Source of the DNA: Gnetum montanum
Lineage: Eukaryota > Plantae > Gnetophyta
Assembly (NCBI GenBank): GCA_015680685.1
Contig: MNCI01003297.1
Location: 104,065-168,064, forward strand
DNA: 64,000 nucleotides
Direction: 5' to 3'
Made by a program: the position numbers and the translations under genes. The notes under the pieces were generated by a model that saw only the letters and a list, made by a program, of their open reading frames with translations, was not told the origin of the DNA and made no database searches. Below, piece after piece: positions 10,780 to 24,382 of the stretch (within the stretch, counting starts at the first letter, position 1; the number at the start of each line of letters is the position of its first letter).

Positions 10780-12510
10780 CTACAAACTGGTATCACTTGA
10801 TCAGGCTTCTTCTTATTGTGAAAGGTTGGATAAGATGGCCATGCAGCATGATCTACACTCACCTTTAACCTTGACAGGTCCTCATGGCAAACATGCAAGA
10901 TATCTAAACCTCGAGTTGGTAGACTAGAATTCATCTGCTGATAACATTGTAGCATCCCTGGAAATGTCCCTAGATTGGCCTAAACATTTGGTCTAAGCCT
11001 TAGACCTAGAGGCTGGGGATGTGACTGAGGACCCTCTCATCAAATCGTTAATAACGACATCCAGGGGGAAATAAAGACACTAAAACTAAGTTCCCTCCTG
11101 GAACAACAAATGCAAAAAGATATATCCAGAGTTCTTCAAGACAACACCAAAGTATTCGCATGGTCCTACAATGACATGCCAGGTTTAGACCCACGGCTGA
11201 TACAACATAACATTGTATTGGACCCACGTGTCAAACCTATTAAACAAAAGGCTCGCAAGATTAAGCTAGAAATTGCACTAGCCATACGTGATGAAATCAC
11301 GAAGCTATACCAAGCAGGTTTCATTCGCGCAGTTGACTACTTAGAATGGGTGTCAAACATCGTTGTAGTCTCTAAGAAAATGGGAGAGATACGAATCTAT
11401 ATAGAGTTTTGGGATCTGAATAAAGCAACGATTAAAGACGACTTCCCACTACCAAGTATCGACCAGCTTATCGACACTATGGTTGGTCATGCTCTACTAT
11501 CCTTCATGGATATGTTCTTTGATTATAATCAAATCTGCATAAATCCAGAGCATCAGCTGACAACCACTTTCATGACCCCTTGGGGTACTTTTGTTACACA
11601 ATGATGTCCTTTGGTTTAAAGAATGCCGAAGCAACTTATCAACGAGCCATGACCTACATCTTTAGCGACTACCTTCTAGAGAGGCTAAATGATTATGTGG
11701 ATGACACAGCAATCAAATCTAAGACAACTATTGATCATCCCACTGATTTAGATGTAGTCCTGAAACATTGTCACATGCATCACTTGCGACTTAATCCAAA
11801 GAAGTGTGTTTTCGGCATAAAAACCAGACGCATGTTAAGGCCATCGTTAACCTAACACCTCCTACTAACCTTAAAGAATTATGTGGGTTGCAAGGTAGAG
11901 TGCAGTTCATCAGAAGATTTATAGCAAGGTTGACTGACAAGTTACATCCCATGCAAAACTTACTAAAGAAGGGGGTTAACTTCGAATGAACAACACAGTG
12001 CCAGCAAGCCTTTGATGACCTAAAGAAAGAGCTTTTACACCTCCCGACTGTGTACCCACCACAGAGGGATAAGCCTTTCTACATCTACCTTGCAACCTTG
12101 GATACATCTATCACAACACTGTTATGTGAAAAAAGAGAATACGGCTCTGAGATCCCAGTCTATTACTTGAGCCATGCATTAATAGCATATAAAGCGAAAT
12201 ACAACGAAGTGGAAAAGAATTACCTCACTTTAGTGTTTGTACTAAAAAAGTGCAGACACTACGTGTTCCGTAGCCAAGTGAACATCATATGCAAAAGCAA
12301 CCTACTTCAGGCTATCATAAACAACTTGTATGAAAGTAGCAAGATAGCTCGATGGAAAGCAATAACAGCGGAATTTGATTTACACTATGTAGCCCAATCA
12401 TCAACTAAAGGACAAGCGATAGCTACTTAGCTTGCAACCTCGCTTGTTGATGATCAGGTGATCATAGAACCCGAATTTCCTAATGAACATGTTAGCAGCA
12501 TCAACCTTGT
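10780..12510 (+). pseudogene. pol: Element A reverse transcriptase and RNase H
   Basis: VFAWSYNDMPGLDP, KDDFPLPSIDQLID, LSFMDMFFDYNQI, MSFGLKNAEATYQR, YVDD; PVYYLSHAL...KIARW. Confidence 0.95.
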
Positions 12511-12519
12511 ACCATCGCA

Positions 12520-12900
12520 TTTTAAGGCCACCTTGCATTTAGACGGCACCTTTATTGCATGAGGTGGTGGTGCTGCCATCATCATTACATTCCCCTCAGG
12601 GGACATGCAACTGTTTGCTTACCACTTCACATTCCTTTTTACGAACAATGTAGCTGAGTACGAAGGACTCCTTAGGGGCCTCTTAGCAACCCAGCAATTG
12701 AAAATTCTACATTTAGTAGTTTGAGGCGACTCACAGCTTGTTGTCAATCAAATCACTAAGGTCTACGCCTATAAAGCTTTGCATTTATAGCCTTACTGTG
12801 ATTTGGCCAAAAATGTATTGCAACAATTCACCACAATAGACATCCAGCATGTTCCACGTAATGAGAACACCATAGTCGATGCCTTAAGCTACGTTAGCAT
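12520..12900 (+). pseudogene. Additional archaeal-type RNase H (aRH), diagnostic of the Tat clade
   Basis: LHLDGT..GAAIII..FTNNVAEYEGLLRGL..GDSQLVVNQI..HVPRNENTIVDALS. Confidence 0.9.
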
Positions 12901-12999
12901 TAAATGTGCCACCACACCTATTTGTGACCCTACATTCTTCGATAACAGAGTGCACAGATGCTATCACCCAAGCAATACACGTGGCTTCCGTAAGTGCTA

Positions 13000-14255
13000 C
13001 CAACACCCAAGAGTGGTATGCTAACATGAAAGCCTACCTGCAACATGGTGAACCCCCACATAGCCTGACATCCACCTAAAGGGATGTAATCCGAAAGCTA
13101 GCATAGCAGTATATCCTCGTAGGAAATGATACCTTGTGTAAAATCTCCTTTGATGGGATACTGTTAACTTGCGTTGGTGGGGAGGAGGCACAAAAAATTG
13201 TTAGCGAAGTCCATGAAGGACTATGTGGAGGACACATAGCTTCTAAGGCCATGGTAGCTAATATTAGACACCTAGGGTATTACTGGCCTTGCATGGAATG
13301 CGATTGTTTTGCTAAAGTAAAAATGTGTGACACGTGCCAACATCACGCAAATCGTATATGTGTGTCACCTACTGAGTTGCACCCTACGCAAATCACATGG
13401 CCATTCCAATGATGGGGACTAGATATCATAGGAGCCATCACACCTAAGTCTTCCCTAGGACATAGCTTCATCATTATTGCCACCGAGTACTTTACGAAGT
13501 GGGTAGAGGCTATACCCCTAAGGAAAACTACATCCCAACAAGTTTACCACTTCATCTTGGATAACATCGTAACAAGGTTTGGCCTTCCCATGACTATTGT
13601 GATCGACAATGGGCCACAATTTAGTAGTGCAGAAACTAGAACCTTTTGTAGCAACCTTGGCATTAAGTAATCTTTCTTGTCACCATATTACCCCTAGGCT
13701 AATAGTTAGGCAGAAGGAATGAACAAGGCCATCATCAACTTGCTTAAAAGAATGCTTAGCAATAGCAAGAGGCAATGGCATGAGCAAATCCTCCATGTGC
13801 TCTAGGGCTACCGTATAACATGTAGGACGACCACAGGTAAGACCCCCTACAGCCTAGTCTATGGATCTGAAGCAGTGTTACCCCTTGAATTACAGTTGCC
13901 ATCACTACAGATGATCCTTTTAAGCATCATAAATGAAGCCCAGAAGAACGAGTCAAGGATCATTGATCTTGACACCCTAGAGGAAGAGTGTACATAGACA
14001 TTGGGTCGCATCGAATGGTATCAGGACAAGTATCGAAAAAATCATCATACAGACCTACATCGATGGCTGATTAAAAAGGGGGACCTAGTCCTCAAAGCTA
14101 TGTGTGAACATGTGGACAAGTTTTTGGAAAACTGGGAAGGACCATTTATACTCACAAAAGTCTACGAGAATGGAGCTTTCAAGCTAGCAGACATGGATGG
14201 TAGAGAGTTTGCAAACCCTGTAAACCACCAGTACTTGAAGCCGTACTTCGTCTAA
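13000..14255 (+). pseudogene. Element A integrase
   Basis: VHEGLCGGH..GYYWP..CDTCQ (HHCC), WGLDIIG, EYFTKWVEA, DNGPQF, NWEGPF..PVNHQYLKPYFV. Confidence 0.95.
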
Positions 14256-14269
14256 TGTAGAAGCAAGGA

Positions 14270-14546
14270 AAGCGCCATAGTCTGCTACAACTATAAATTG
14301 GCATCAGCATTCCTCCATGATTATAAACTGACACAGTTAGTCCACCATGACAATAAACTAGCACAGAACATTTTCTATGATGTTAAACTGGCACAGATAG
14401 TCTGCTACGACCTTAAACTGGCCCATCCACCATCCGCTACGATGATAAACTAGCACAGCAGTCTACTAAGACCTTCAACTAGCACTATGGTCTGCTTGAA
14501 CCTTGAACCAGTGTATCAGACGGTCTACCAGGACCTTAAACTAGCT
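14270..14546 (+). repeat. Post-integrase tandem array (~28-31-nt units, core CTAC/GACC..TAAACT(A/G)GCAC)
   Basis: About 9 degenerate copies; counterpart at 51870-52245. Confidence 0.85.
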
Positions 14547-15175
14547 TCGCGGCACAACCTTCATAGCTCACAATCCACGATCATTCAAACAAGCGATCAT
14601 GCACAGTGCCGACGTGGGGTGGAGCATTGAAGTCCTAGAATGCAGTCCACGATGATAAGAAATTACCCTTTGGAACATATGCAACGCCACTGCCCTTGGC
14701 ATCTTGCTAATCCTTTGGAGATGTTGTATGACATCTTACTGACCTTCCAGAGCTACCGCTACCATAGCCTGTCACCCTAGTAGTAGCTTCTGTTATCAAC
14801 ACCTGCAGCTAGAGTCCCAGCACTATTGTGGCCCAGCCACAAGGCTGCTACCCTCCAGTCCTCACCATCATCCAAGCTCAAAAGACATTCATTTGTTAGG
14901 CCTCTCACCTTATGGCTAGACTACATGATGTTTTCCTTGGGCAGGGACCCCTAAGCACTCGCATTACCTCAACTCCTAACCCCCTCAGTGCTGGCCCCTT
15001 TAGCCTACTACTACCATAACCGCTGCTGGTCTTCCTGCTTTAGACATTGTGTGCCTTAGCAACAGTGCTTGTCACTTCAATGATGTCTAAAACAAGTAAG
15101 ACCTTTGTCTAACTACATCTCATGGTTACATTTCTCTAGTCTGCTTTCTGTTGTGTTTGCAGGATACATACCGAG

Positions 15176-15457
15176 ATGGCGTCGGTTAGAGGTGTGTTTC
15201 ACCAAGAGGACAAGACACCAAATTGTTCCAAGGTGATTGCTCTGACTAGCTTAGTTACTTGGGAGTGCACATCCTGCCCCTCCTCTTTAACCTCTTTCAT
15301 CTCATTTCTCAAACCCACAGTTTCCCTTTTCACATCCCTTTTACCAGCCTTCTCGACGCATGTAAATCCCTCCCATATGCTCAACTGCAAATTCCATGAC
15401 ACGTGTAATGCAATTCACTGCATGGGAAGCATCTGTAGACAGGTCAAATCCCTCTAG
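15176..15457 (+). other. Short 3' ORF preceded by a conserved splice acceptor; function unknown
   Basis: CTGTTGTGTTTGCAG|GATACATACCGAG-ATG; the same acceptor and ATG occur on - in C (~51240-51290). Confidence 0.4.
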
Positions 15458-15494
15458 ATGTATTCTTTGTTGGGTGGATCCTCTAAACATCGAC

Positions 15495-15503
15495 AAAGAC
15501 GGG
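15495..15503 (+). promoter_or_regulatory. Element A polypurine tract (degenerate)
   Basis: AAAGACGGG; the equivalent in C reads AAAGAGGGG next to its LTR. Confidence 0.7.
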
Positions 15504-15505
15504 CT

Positions 15506-17370
15506 AGTAAAACACCAAAAAATTTCAAGACCTTCATGCTTTAGCTAGATCTTGGAATGCAGGCAAGGACTTCCACAAGTGTAGCGTCATGACAATTCAG
15601 CAGGAAGATGTAGGCACTGAGTTTAGACTGTCCAGTCCAACAAGTTTTCTACATCCAGAGTTGATAGGCCCAACGAACTCTCTAGCCTGCCCACCTGGAC
15701 CATGAACCCAACTGGCAGTCTCCCCAGAAGCTATGCTATGAGTCATCGAAAGTGTTTGGGATAAGCAAAATAGTTCAAAAATTTTTCTAGTGATGAAGTC
15801 TGCTACGCTATGCAGCATAGCAAGCATGAAAGATAATTTCTCAAGTGGCCAAGTGTGAATTGGTAGAATGATTACAAATACAAGTTAGGATTTAGTTAAT
15901 GCAATGTGCTATGCTATGTAGCTTAGCACAACATAGCAAAGGCAGTGCAGAAAGGCCCATCTTTTCAAGTGATTCGAACAAGAAAGTCATACTTGGTAAC
16001 ACTTTGGCCCCCAAAACTAGTTTCCACACTTAGCCCCAAACTTCGAACAAAATTTCTTGCTAGAAAATGGCGCATTGAACAAAAAAGTAGGATATGTTGG
16101 CTGCTATGCTGTGCTATGCTACATAGTGTAGCATAGCGTAGCAACAATACAAAAGTAGCAAAAGTGTTCCAAACATAAGTCCAGCAAGTTCAAAGGCTTC
16201 TCATCACAAAGAACAAAAGTTGCAATTGTTAGCAATACCAAGCCTCAGACAAATGCTTTTAGTTCCAAAAAAAATTTCACTTAAAACCAGTGGTTATGCT
16301 ATGCTATGCTACATAGCGTAGCACAATGTAGCAAGCCACTTATGCTACGCCAATATACTCAAACAACGTGAGTAACACAACACTGGTACAAAAGCATCAA
16401 GAAATCTTCGAGTAGTTCTAGAACTTGTTGATAGCAATCTTCCTCACTCTAGCATCTCCTTGGCAAAATCAGCAATTTCACTCCATTTTGCAAACCCCTG
16501 GCTAGCTCCCAAAACATTGTTCCTACACTTGATGCTGCTTGTAAAAGCAAGAAAGATGTAGTCCTGGAGCGTAAGCTCCATTTTTGTTTGCAATGATAGC
16601 CCACTGACCTCAGCACATACAGTCTCAGAGGCATAGTCATAGCGTAGCCAAGTTCATGTCTAGCATTGCACACCTACCTAGTATGGGCACATTTGCATTT
16701 TGTGGGGTCCAAGACATGTGGCATCCAGGCCCCATTTCTCGTCTGCTCCTAGCCCTATAAATACCTCGGCAAATAATGCTCAAAGGGTTGGTTGTTTGGG
16801 GTTGCTATTTTGTTCAGAGAGTTGGCATTTTTTTTGACAAGAGTAGTTGGCTTGTTGGCTTTTTGCATTGGCTAGTTGGCTTCTTGATTGGCCTTTTAGC
16901 AAACAAAGTTGGCTTCTTTTTTTTTCTGCAGTTGGCTTTTAAGTTGGCTTCTAGAAGGCATAATTGGCATTTCCTTTGAGCATTCTAGTTACCCTTGAGT
17001 TCTCTGTGTGTCTTCACCGTTGTATAACCTGTTGTACACTCAAACAAAGCAAAGAATTGAATCCATGACCTTGGGGCAATGCATTTTCTCACTTGAGTTT
17101 GCTTTGTTATTTCTTTGCTGTTATCATTGTTTTGCATTGTTTTCTCTTTTCTGCACTTATTGCTCATCGATTTACCTTGCATATCTCGCTCTCGAAACAA
17201 TGTTTATGTAAGGTTAAGATACACTGACTAAGTCTTTGTCTGATCAACCAGACTGTTCAGGGTGCCCCACTTCCGTTTTTCTCCAACACAGCCCTCACAC
17301 AGATTCGAGGTTAAACTATTTGCTCGGCAACCTCTCGGTGTTCCAGCCGTTGACGTTTTCAGTTGCTACA
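15506..17370 (+). repeat. Element A 3' LTR (~1.86 kb), TATA at 16756-16763
   Basis: Matches 1-956; starts after the PPT; CCCTATAAATACC; ends GCTACA. Confidence 0.9.
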
Positions 17371-19440
17371 ATGCCATCATACCGACTTCTTACCATTAAT
17401 CAACACATGGACCACACAATCATAGATCAATTATAAGATATATCATTAGTGCTATGATTCATAAACTAATATCATCATATACATCTTACCCATGTGGTTG
17501 TTAGCATATCTATACTCAACGTAGCATGTGAAATTTTTCCATAAGTACTCATAATTAGCTATTTCTTGTAGGTATTTTATTAGTATTTTATTTACCCAAT
17601 TGGTGCTAAAGTTTATCAAATTGTGACATGCAACCATTAGCCTTCTAAAACACTAGCTATAGGGATGAACACACCTACGCCATGTACCAACCATAGAGAT
17701 GAACACACCTACACTCTCCCACTTTCAAGATGAGGCCTAAGACATGAGCCTTACGGATACATCAAAGTGGGGTTCAATTCATAACTACCTCCAAGGTGTC
17801 TCATCACTAACTAGTCCACACCCTTATGCTAGCAACACCTTCCAATGACCACTACAAGCATTGTTGCAAAGACATGTACAAATCTAGGCTATCTTAAGCC
17901 AACATATGTTGTAAGCACAACACATCCAAAAAAAACATAAAATGACCACATACATCCACAACTAACAGTCACATTGATTCCATGAAAATAATAGCACAAC
18001 ATAACATAATAAAATTTCACACCAAACCATAGCACTTGAACTACCTACAATTTCATGAAAATGACCATTGTTGTAACCTCCAAGATAATAAATGCCAAAA
18101 GAGAAAACAAATTCCACAAATAGAATGTACCTCAAAAATATGATCTCAATGATAACAATTTCATCTCAATCAGAGTCTCAGAAATAAAGTTATGTGTGCT
18201 TAAAGTTTAATTAATAAAATAATAAATAATAATATTTAATTATAGCCACTGATAATTGAAATTCGCAAAAAAATCCTACGTGAAAACATGCCTATAAAAT
18301 ATAATAGTCTCATCAACATCACATCTAATATTCTACAAGTCCAAATGATTTCATACATTGCATATTTATTCATAAAAAATTTGCAACCAAAGCCATAAAA
18401 TTTTTGGAAATCCGCAAAGCAATATATCCAAACTTAATATTTTAAGTATCTGTCCCACATGCCTACATCACATGAGCATATACACTAATCCAACATAAAA
18501 ATATAGGAAAAAGTTAAAGACAATCCACTAATTAAAATTGTTAAAGTAGAAAGTTTGAAATAAGCATCCTAAGAAATTTGACAAAACTTCTTTTCACTCT
18601 AAACAAGTTCTTTACCCATGTAGATATGATTGCAACAAACCAAAATCTAAGTTCAGAGAAACCAAAATGCTTCCACAGGTTAAAAATTTAGAAGAAGAGT
18701 GAAAAAATGGGAGAAAATCAAAGAAATGGCTCAAACTCAGTTTCTATTGATAGAAAATAGAAAACCCATGGGAATAGAAATAGGAGATGGAAAAAGAAGT
18801 ATAATGAAGTTATTTTTTCTTTTTATACATATGCATAATGCATACAAGTTAATTCATATACATTACCTTCTCTTCCCTTTTCACATGTCATGTGCATAAT
18901 CCGATTTCACTTTACTTTTTAATTTTTTTAAACTTTTTTTTTTCAAAATAAACATTTTTATAATTTCATTTTTTCTTCTTCTTAACTAATACTCCACACT
19001 ACAAATATACATAACAAACACACCAAGACTCCAAATTAAAATTTGTTTGAACCTATGAGATCCATATCAAACACTTCATACATTCGAATGCTAAAATCAT
19101 ATTCAAACATCACACATCATATCACTACAACTAAAATGCATAAATACCAAAATTACACATAAAGCATAAATATATATCAAATAGTTATCCTTGTACTCCA
19201 ATCCAATATCCTTGCTAGCTGCATCACCTATCTAACACATCACACAGGCCTAGTATACATAATCATGTTAGTTAAGCATGTAAAAACATCATAATTATGA
19301 CATACGGACTAAAGCATAATAATATATAAGGCATAATCATAACAACTTAACTTTTCCTTGATAACCCATCAATACCGCATACATAATATATAAATCATAA
19401 TCATATTGCCATACCCAATGTCTTTGGAAGGGATGTAACA
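17371..19440. mobile_element. Older LTR fragment (Tekay-like terminus) into which element A inserted
   Basis: Non-coding; internal direct repeat ATAG(G/A)GATGAACACACCTAC twice (~17659-17711); ends GGAAGGGATGTAACA. Confidence 0.45.
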
Positions 19441-20324
19441 TGTATGGCAAGAAAGAAGAAGCTCAATGGTCCTCACTATATCATGCAAATATTAGTGAAC
19501 CATGCTAGAGAGAAAAGACATTGAGCCTACCATTTGAATCTTTGGTGACCATCTTAATCATGAAGGCAAATATGCTCATTACAAATAATGAAGTTGAAGG
19601 ATGAAAATCTCAACCCTATGATTGTACTACACATCACCATATGAATCCTTAAGCTATAGAAGAATATGTTTTACCTTCACTAGCTAGGAAATTGAAGCCT
19701 AGGTGTGAGATGATGCATAAGATTGTCTATAATCTCGAAGAACATGGATGCCAGGCATCTTCAAAGGAAAAAGCATTTGATTGAAAAGCTTAAGAAAAAA
19801 TGATCCATATATGATTTTAATTGCAATGTCAACATTGAGATTCATCTAACATTTATCAAACTAAGAGTGAACATGAGGCTATAATTACTACTTCTAAGAG
19901 CTCTAATAAGGAGAAAAAAGATGATCTTATTGGTGTTTCCATCAACATAAACTCCTTGTATCTATTTTATGTCATGCTTAATATGCTATTCATTCTTGAT
20001 AAAGGAAATCCTTATTCCCATCTAATCTCATTTTTCCATTACATTCACCCCTCTCTAAGGATTCTCTTGTGCCTTGATAGGATTTATTATTATCTTTTTG
20101 TAGACGACAAGTAAGGAGAAGATAGCATAAGTGAGCCATAAGCTCAAGAAAATCCTAAGAATCCATAGGGCTATTGATTAATATTAGTTTTGGGTTTCCA
20201 TTATTTATGCTAGAAGCTATTGTTTATATTCCAAAGGGGAATTTTGTCAAGTCCAAATAAGGAAAGATTGTTAATTAAATTGATATCCTAATGATTTGCA
20301 ATAACAAAATTGATTATCACTATG
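19441..20324 (+). mobile_element. Decayed SIRE-like copia 3' region and LTR start (~20270), interrupted by element B and resuming at 33847
   Basis: Multiple PPT-like motifs (TTTTTGTAGACGACAAGTAAGGAGAAG, CCAAAGGGGAA, AAGGAAAGAT-TGTT), then ATGATTTGCAATAACAAAA. Confidence 0.45.
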
Positions 20325-21109
20325 TGATGAGCCATGATATCGCATCTGCCCCCACAATATCGTGGTCCGCTGCAATGTCTATAAATAAGAGGTGGCTTTC
20401 CTTGTTTTAGGCACTTAGACTTAGATCCTTAGCCAAACTATATCAGTTTTACCATTCTAGAGTTAGAATAATTTCCATGTGCCTACAATAGGAGTCTTAA
20501 AGTGAATGGATCTTTATTCGAGCAAATTGTACCTGAGCACACATTTGTGTACAACAATAAAGATGGACTTTATGATAAACCTTACAACATATGGACTAAG
20601 CTAAATAGTAATTAATTATTGTTGAATTTTTAATTGCTTTCTTAGTTAATTAATCTCTCTCAACCCTTGACTCTCCTAGTTAAGTGCACTCAGTACGACT
20701 ACTTCGAGCATGTGTGTAGCGCTTGGTAACCCAATAACGATTAGCATTTGGTAATCACAATAGCATTGCACTGATTTAGGATGTGTGCGGCAGGTGGGAA
20801 CGGATACTAGTGTTAGGAACAATTAGAACATAATTAGTGAATAGTTAATGAAAGTTAGTCACGTAGTTCTCTTCACCTTCCCCTATTAGCATAAGACATT
20901 AAAAAGATAAAAGATATAAAAATCATATACCTCAAGCTTACTTAACCATACAACCGTGATAATACAAGTAAGTTTGGGAAGACAATGATTAATTAACCTT
21001 AAGTGTTCCATTAGGGTGCGTAATCACTTAGTCCTTAGAGTTCGATCGGATCGCATGTGAAACGCTCGTATTGGTATGGTTGAGTGTAGGGGTACCTCAC
21101 CACTCATCA
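20325..21109 (+). repeat. Element B 5' LTR
   Basis: Closely matches 33043-33841; TATA CTATAAATAAGAGG at ~20378. Confidence 0.95.
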
Positions 21110-21110
21110 T

Positions 21111-21128
21111 TGGTGCCATTGTTGGGGA
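21111..21128 (+). promoter_or_regulatory. PBS (tRNA-Asp type, Athila)
   Basis: TGGTGCCATTGTTGGGGA, a transition-decayed form of TGGCGCCGTTGCCGGGGA. Confidence 0.85.
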
Positions 21129-21369
21129 CTTAGTTGTTTGTGTGTTATGTAGAACATAGGAGATCATTCATATAGTTGGGACGCTAAAACGAACCCTTAG
21201 GGTTAATCAAGAAAAGATAAGACAATGGTAAATAGCACACTGAACAAGACAAAAATGTCTTCTTCTTCGCAAAAAAGCACTTCACCACCTAGGACTAACA
21301 CAAGAGACAGTCGACGACACAACACATGTAACCAAGATCCACCAATTGCTTAAAAATTCCATGTCATAT

Positions 21370-23165
21370 ATATTCATCATGATGAATATGTACCCAAATT
21401 TATCTTTATTCTCCATAAAGATGAAAAACTGCATTGGAGAGACTTGGAGGGTAACATGGTGTTGCCTTCAGACCTAGCAGTCCCCAACATGCTCCTTTGT
21501 GCTCTCGCATGAATAGGCATGTCACAGTTGTACGCAGAGTACATTACATGTGACCATGACACAAGGGACTACCATCCCATAGAAGCAAAACATCAAAGGG
21601 ACTTGCAACAGGAGAGATATCATACGTCGTTGAAGGGTAAATGGCCCCATAATGCCCCGCATGTCTTGAGCGAAATCGAGGGTGGTGAACTTGCTTCAAC
21701 AGGTTCCCCACCAAATGATGTTCCCCCTCCTAACAATGGTTAGGAGGTGGTGTATCAGAACCTTTACTCCACGGTTCACAACCATGGTTCTGATCCCCAC
21801 AAACACCAAGTGTTCAACGAGGGAACACAAACACATGATAAGGGTGGGCAGTCTGATCATAATCACAATCGGGGCTGATACTACCGAAGAGAAGGTAGGA
21901 AACATTATCATGGCAATGGTTCTCCTTCTTCTTCACCTTCATCGTCACATTCATCCTCTCCTTCAGTGTCAGGACCCAGTCATAAGGAACCTAACCGTGA
22001 GGATAAAGGTAAACTGAGTGAGAAACCTCGATGAGAGAGTCAAGAATGAGGACGAGGGCACTCTAGGGAATCATAGCATAGAAGAAGGTAGAGTAGGGAA
22101 CCACGTAAACATCATAGATGATATGAATGAAATGATCATGAAGAATCCCTACTCGCAACCCAAAGCATGTTAAATATCATGAAGGTCTTAAGAATTCCTA
22201 CAAGGCACCAAAAAGATAGCAGGATCAAGAGGNTAATTCCTACAAGGCACCAAAAAGATAGCAGGATCAAGAGGTTAGACATGAATAACATCCCACGATT
22301 TGAGGGGGGATACAACGCTAATCCTCAGAACCACATACATGCATTTCATGATGCATGTGCCTTGCAGAACATCGAGAACGANGTACATGCATTTCATGAT
22401 GCATGTGCCTTGCAGAACATCGAGAACGAATGGAAAAAACTAAAGTTGTTCCCAAGGACACTAGTAAAAGAAGCAGAAAGCTGGTACCAGTCCTTAGAAC
22501 CAAAATCCATTCGAAGGTGGAGTACGATGCTAGAGCTATTTAATGATAAGTATCAAATCTACTCCTGGGTGTCCAACCTACAAAAGAAAATCCAAGGATG
22601 AAAGCAAGGAAATCATAAACCCTTGGATGCTACCATGGGCCGTTATTATGCACTATTACATCATTGCCTAGGCCATGGTTACACACAACGGGATCAACTA
22701 TGTCATCTTGTAGATGGACTTAGGCATGAAACTTGGAGAACCCTTGGAATGTATGCCCAAGGGAGATTATCAGAGCTTAGGTCCCATCAGGTCCATAGAT
22801 TATTGGAGCAAGTAGCCAAGGAAGAATGGGAGCTATGTAAGAGAGAAACTATGGAAGAGTACAACCGCAATCCTTCCCTCCGAAAAAAAGGAGTGAGATT
22901 TTGTGAGGAGGAGGAAGAGTCACCACTCAAAGATATGGTGAATAGGAAAACCTTGCTACTCCAAAAATTAACAATAGAAGTGTCAGCAAAGGTAGACCAA
23001 ATGTGGGACTCCCTAGATAGTATATTTGAAACCGTTCTCAAAATTGTAGAGGAGTCTAAGGAGCGAGGTAGGGACTATGAGAAAAAGAAAAATAGGGACA
23101 TGAACATGGAAAATGCATTGGTAATCTCATCTAAAAATAAAACACTCATGTGGATCATTGGTTGA
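21370..23165 (+). pseudogene. gag: Element B gag
   Basis: IPRFEGGYNANPQNHIHAF..KLKLFPRTLVKEAESWY..FNDKY; LLHHCLGHG..HLVDGL. Confidence 0.88.
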
Positions 23166-23897
23166 GGTGTGTTCTATGTTATCAAGTCTTAAGTTCAATT
23201 ATGTGGACAGTGAGCCCATTACACCCACTCATCCATTCTACAAATAAGAGGTTTTGTTCGAGGGTACAGTGATATTCTTAACATTCTTACAACTTAAAAT
23301 TAGTTTTGTGTTCATTGTACCCAGAATGAAGAAGGATAGACCAAGAGGGAATGATTATGATGTGACATCAAGGGGACTTGTGAATTCTCTTTGGTGATAT
23401 CTGTGGGAGTTATCATGCAACATGGTTGTACTAAGATCCTTGTAGATCTAACGAAAAATGGGAGTAAGAGTAATCAAAAGGCACTCAAAAATCCAATGTT
23501 GTTCTAGGGGGTCCCACTGGAAAGACATGCACCCATTCCTGCAGTTTGGTGACTTCTCTAGATTCAGCAAAGAGAAAAACAAAAGAGAGAAGAATGAAAA
23601 AGAAAAAAAAAACAAAAAAAAAGTGCCACAAAACAAAAATCACTCCTTCCTTGAATAAAATGCCAAGTGATCATATGCCTTGTTGTTATGGTACTCTCAT
23701 AGTTGCTCATCATGGGATGAAACAATGCGATGTCACTGATTAGAGGAATGGACTTGGTCATGATCTTGGAACGATGGGTTAATGACACGTTAATCATGCT
23801 TTACACGTAGGATTCACTATGCCCTAGGTCAGTTACCTCATGTCCCAATCTCTACAATCCCTTCTATAGTTCATCTCATCTCACTGTTCATGTAATT

Positions 23898-24382
23898 NNN
23901 NNNNNNNNNNNNNNNNNNNNNNNNNNNNNNNNNNNNNNNNNNNNNNNNNNNNNNNNNNNNNNNNNNNNNNNNNNNNNNNNNNNNNNNNNNNNNNNNNNNN
24001 NNNNNNNNNNNNNNNNNNNNNNNNNNNNNNNNNNNNNNNNNNNNNNNNNNNNNNNNNNNNNNNNNNNNNNNNNNNNNNNNNNNNNNNNNNNNNNNNNNNN
24101 NNNNNNNNNNNNNNNNNNNNNNNNNNNNNNNNNNNNNNNNNNNNNNNNNNNNNNNNNNNNNNNNNNNNNNNNNNNNNNNNNNNNNNNNNNNNNNNNNNNN
24201 NNNNNNNNNNNNNNNNNNNNNNNNNNNNNNNNNNNNNNNNNNNNNNNNNNNNNNNNNNNNNNNNNNNNNNNNNNNNNNNNNNNNNNNNNNNNNNNNNNNN
24301 NNNNNNNNNNNNNNNNNNNNNNNNNNNNNNNNNNNNNNNNNNNNNNNNNNNNNNNNNNNNNNNNNNNNNNNNNNNNNNNNNN
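23898..24382. other. Assembly gap (N run)
   Basis: 485 N. Confidence 1.

Larger units (their letters stand above)
1..17370 (+). mobile_element. Element A: Ty3/gypsy Tat-clade (Ogre/Retand-like) LTR retrotransposon, decayed; 5' LTR runs off the window start
   Basis: Paired LTRs (1-956 and ~15506-17370, both ending TTTTCAGTTGCTACA), tRNA-Asn PBS, order gag-PR-[spacer]-RT-RH-aRH-INT, PPT before the 3' LTR. Confidence 0.93.

Noticed and set aside
14270-14546. Regularly spaced ~29-nt repeats resembling a CRISPR array (also 51870-52245)
   Set aside because: Tandem units without unique spacers, no cas genes, eukaryotic retrotransposon context
22190-22430. Exact ~40-45-bp duplications in B gag
   Set aside because: Each straddles a single N (22233, 22382): contig-overlap artefacts
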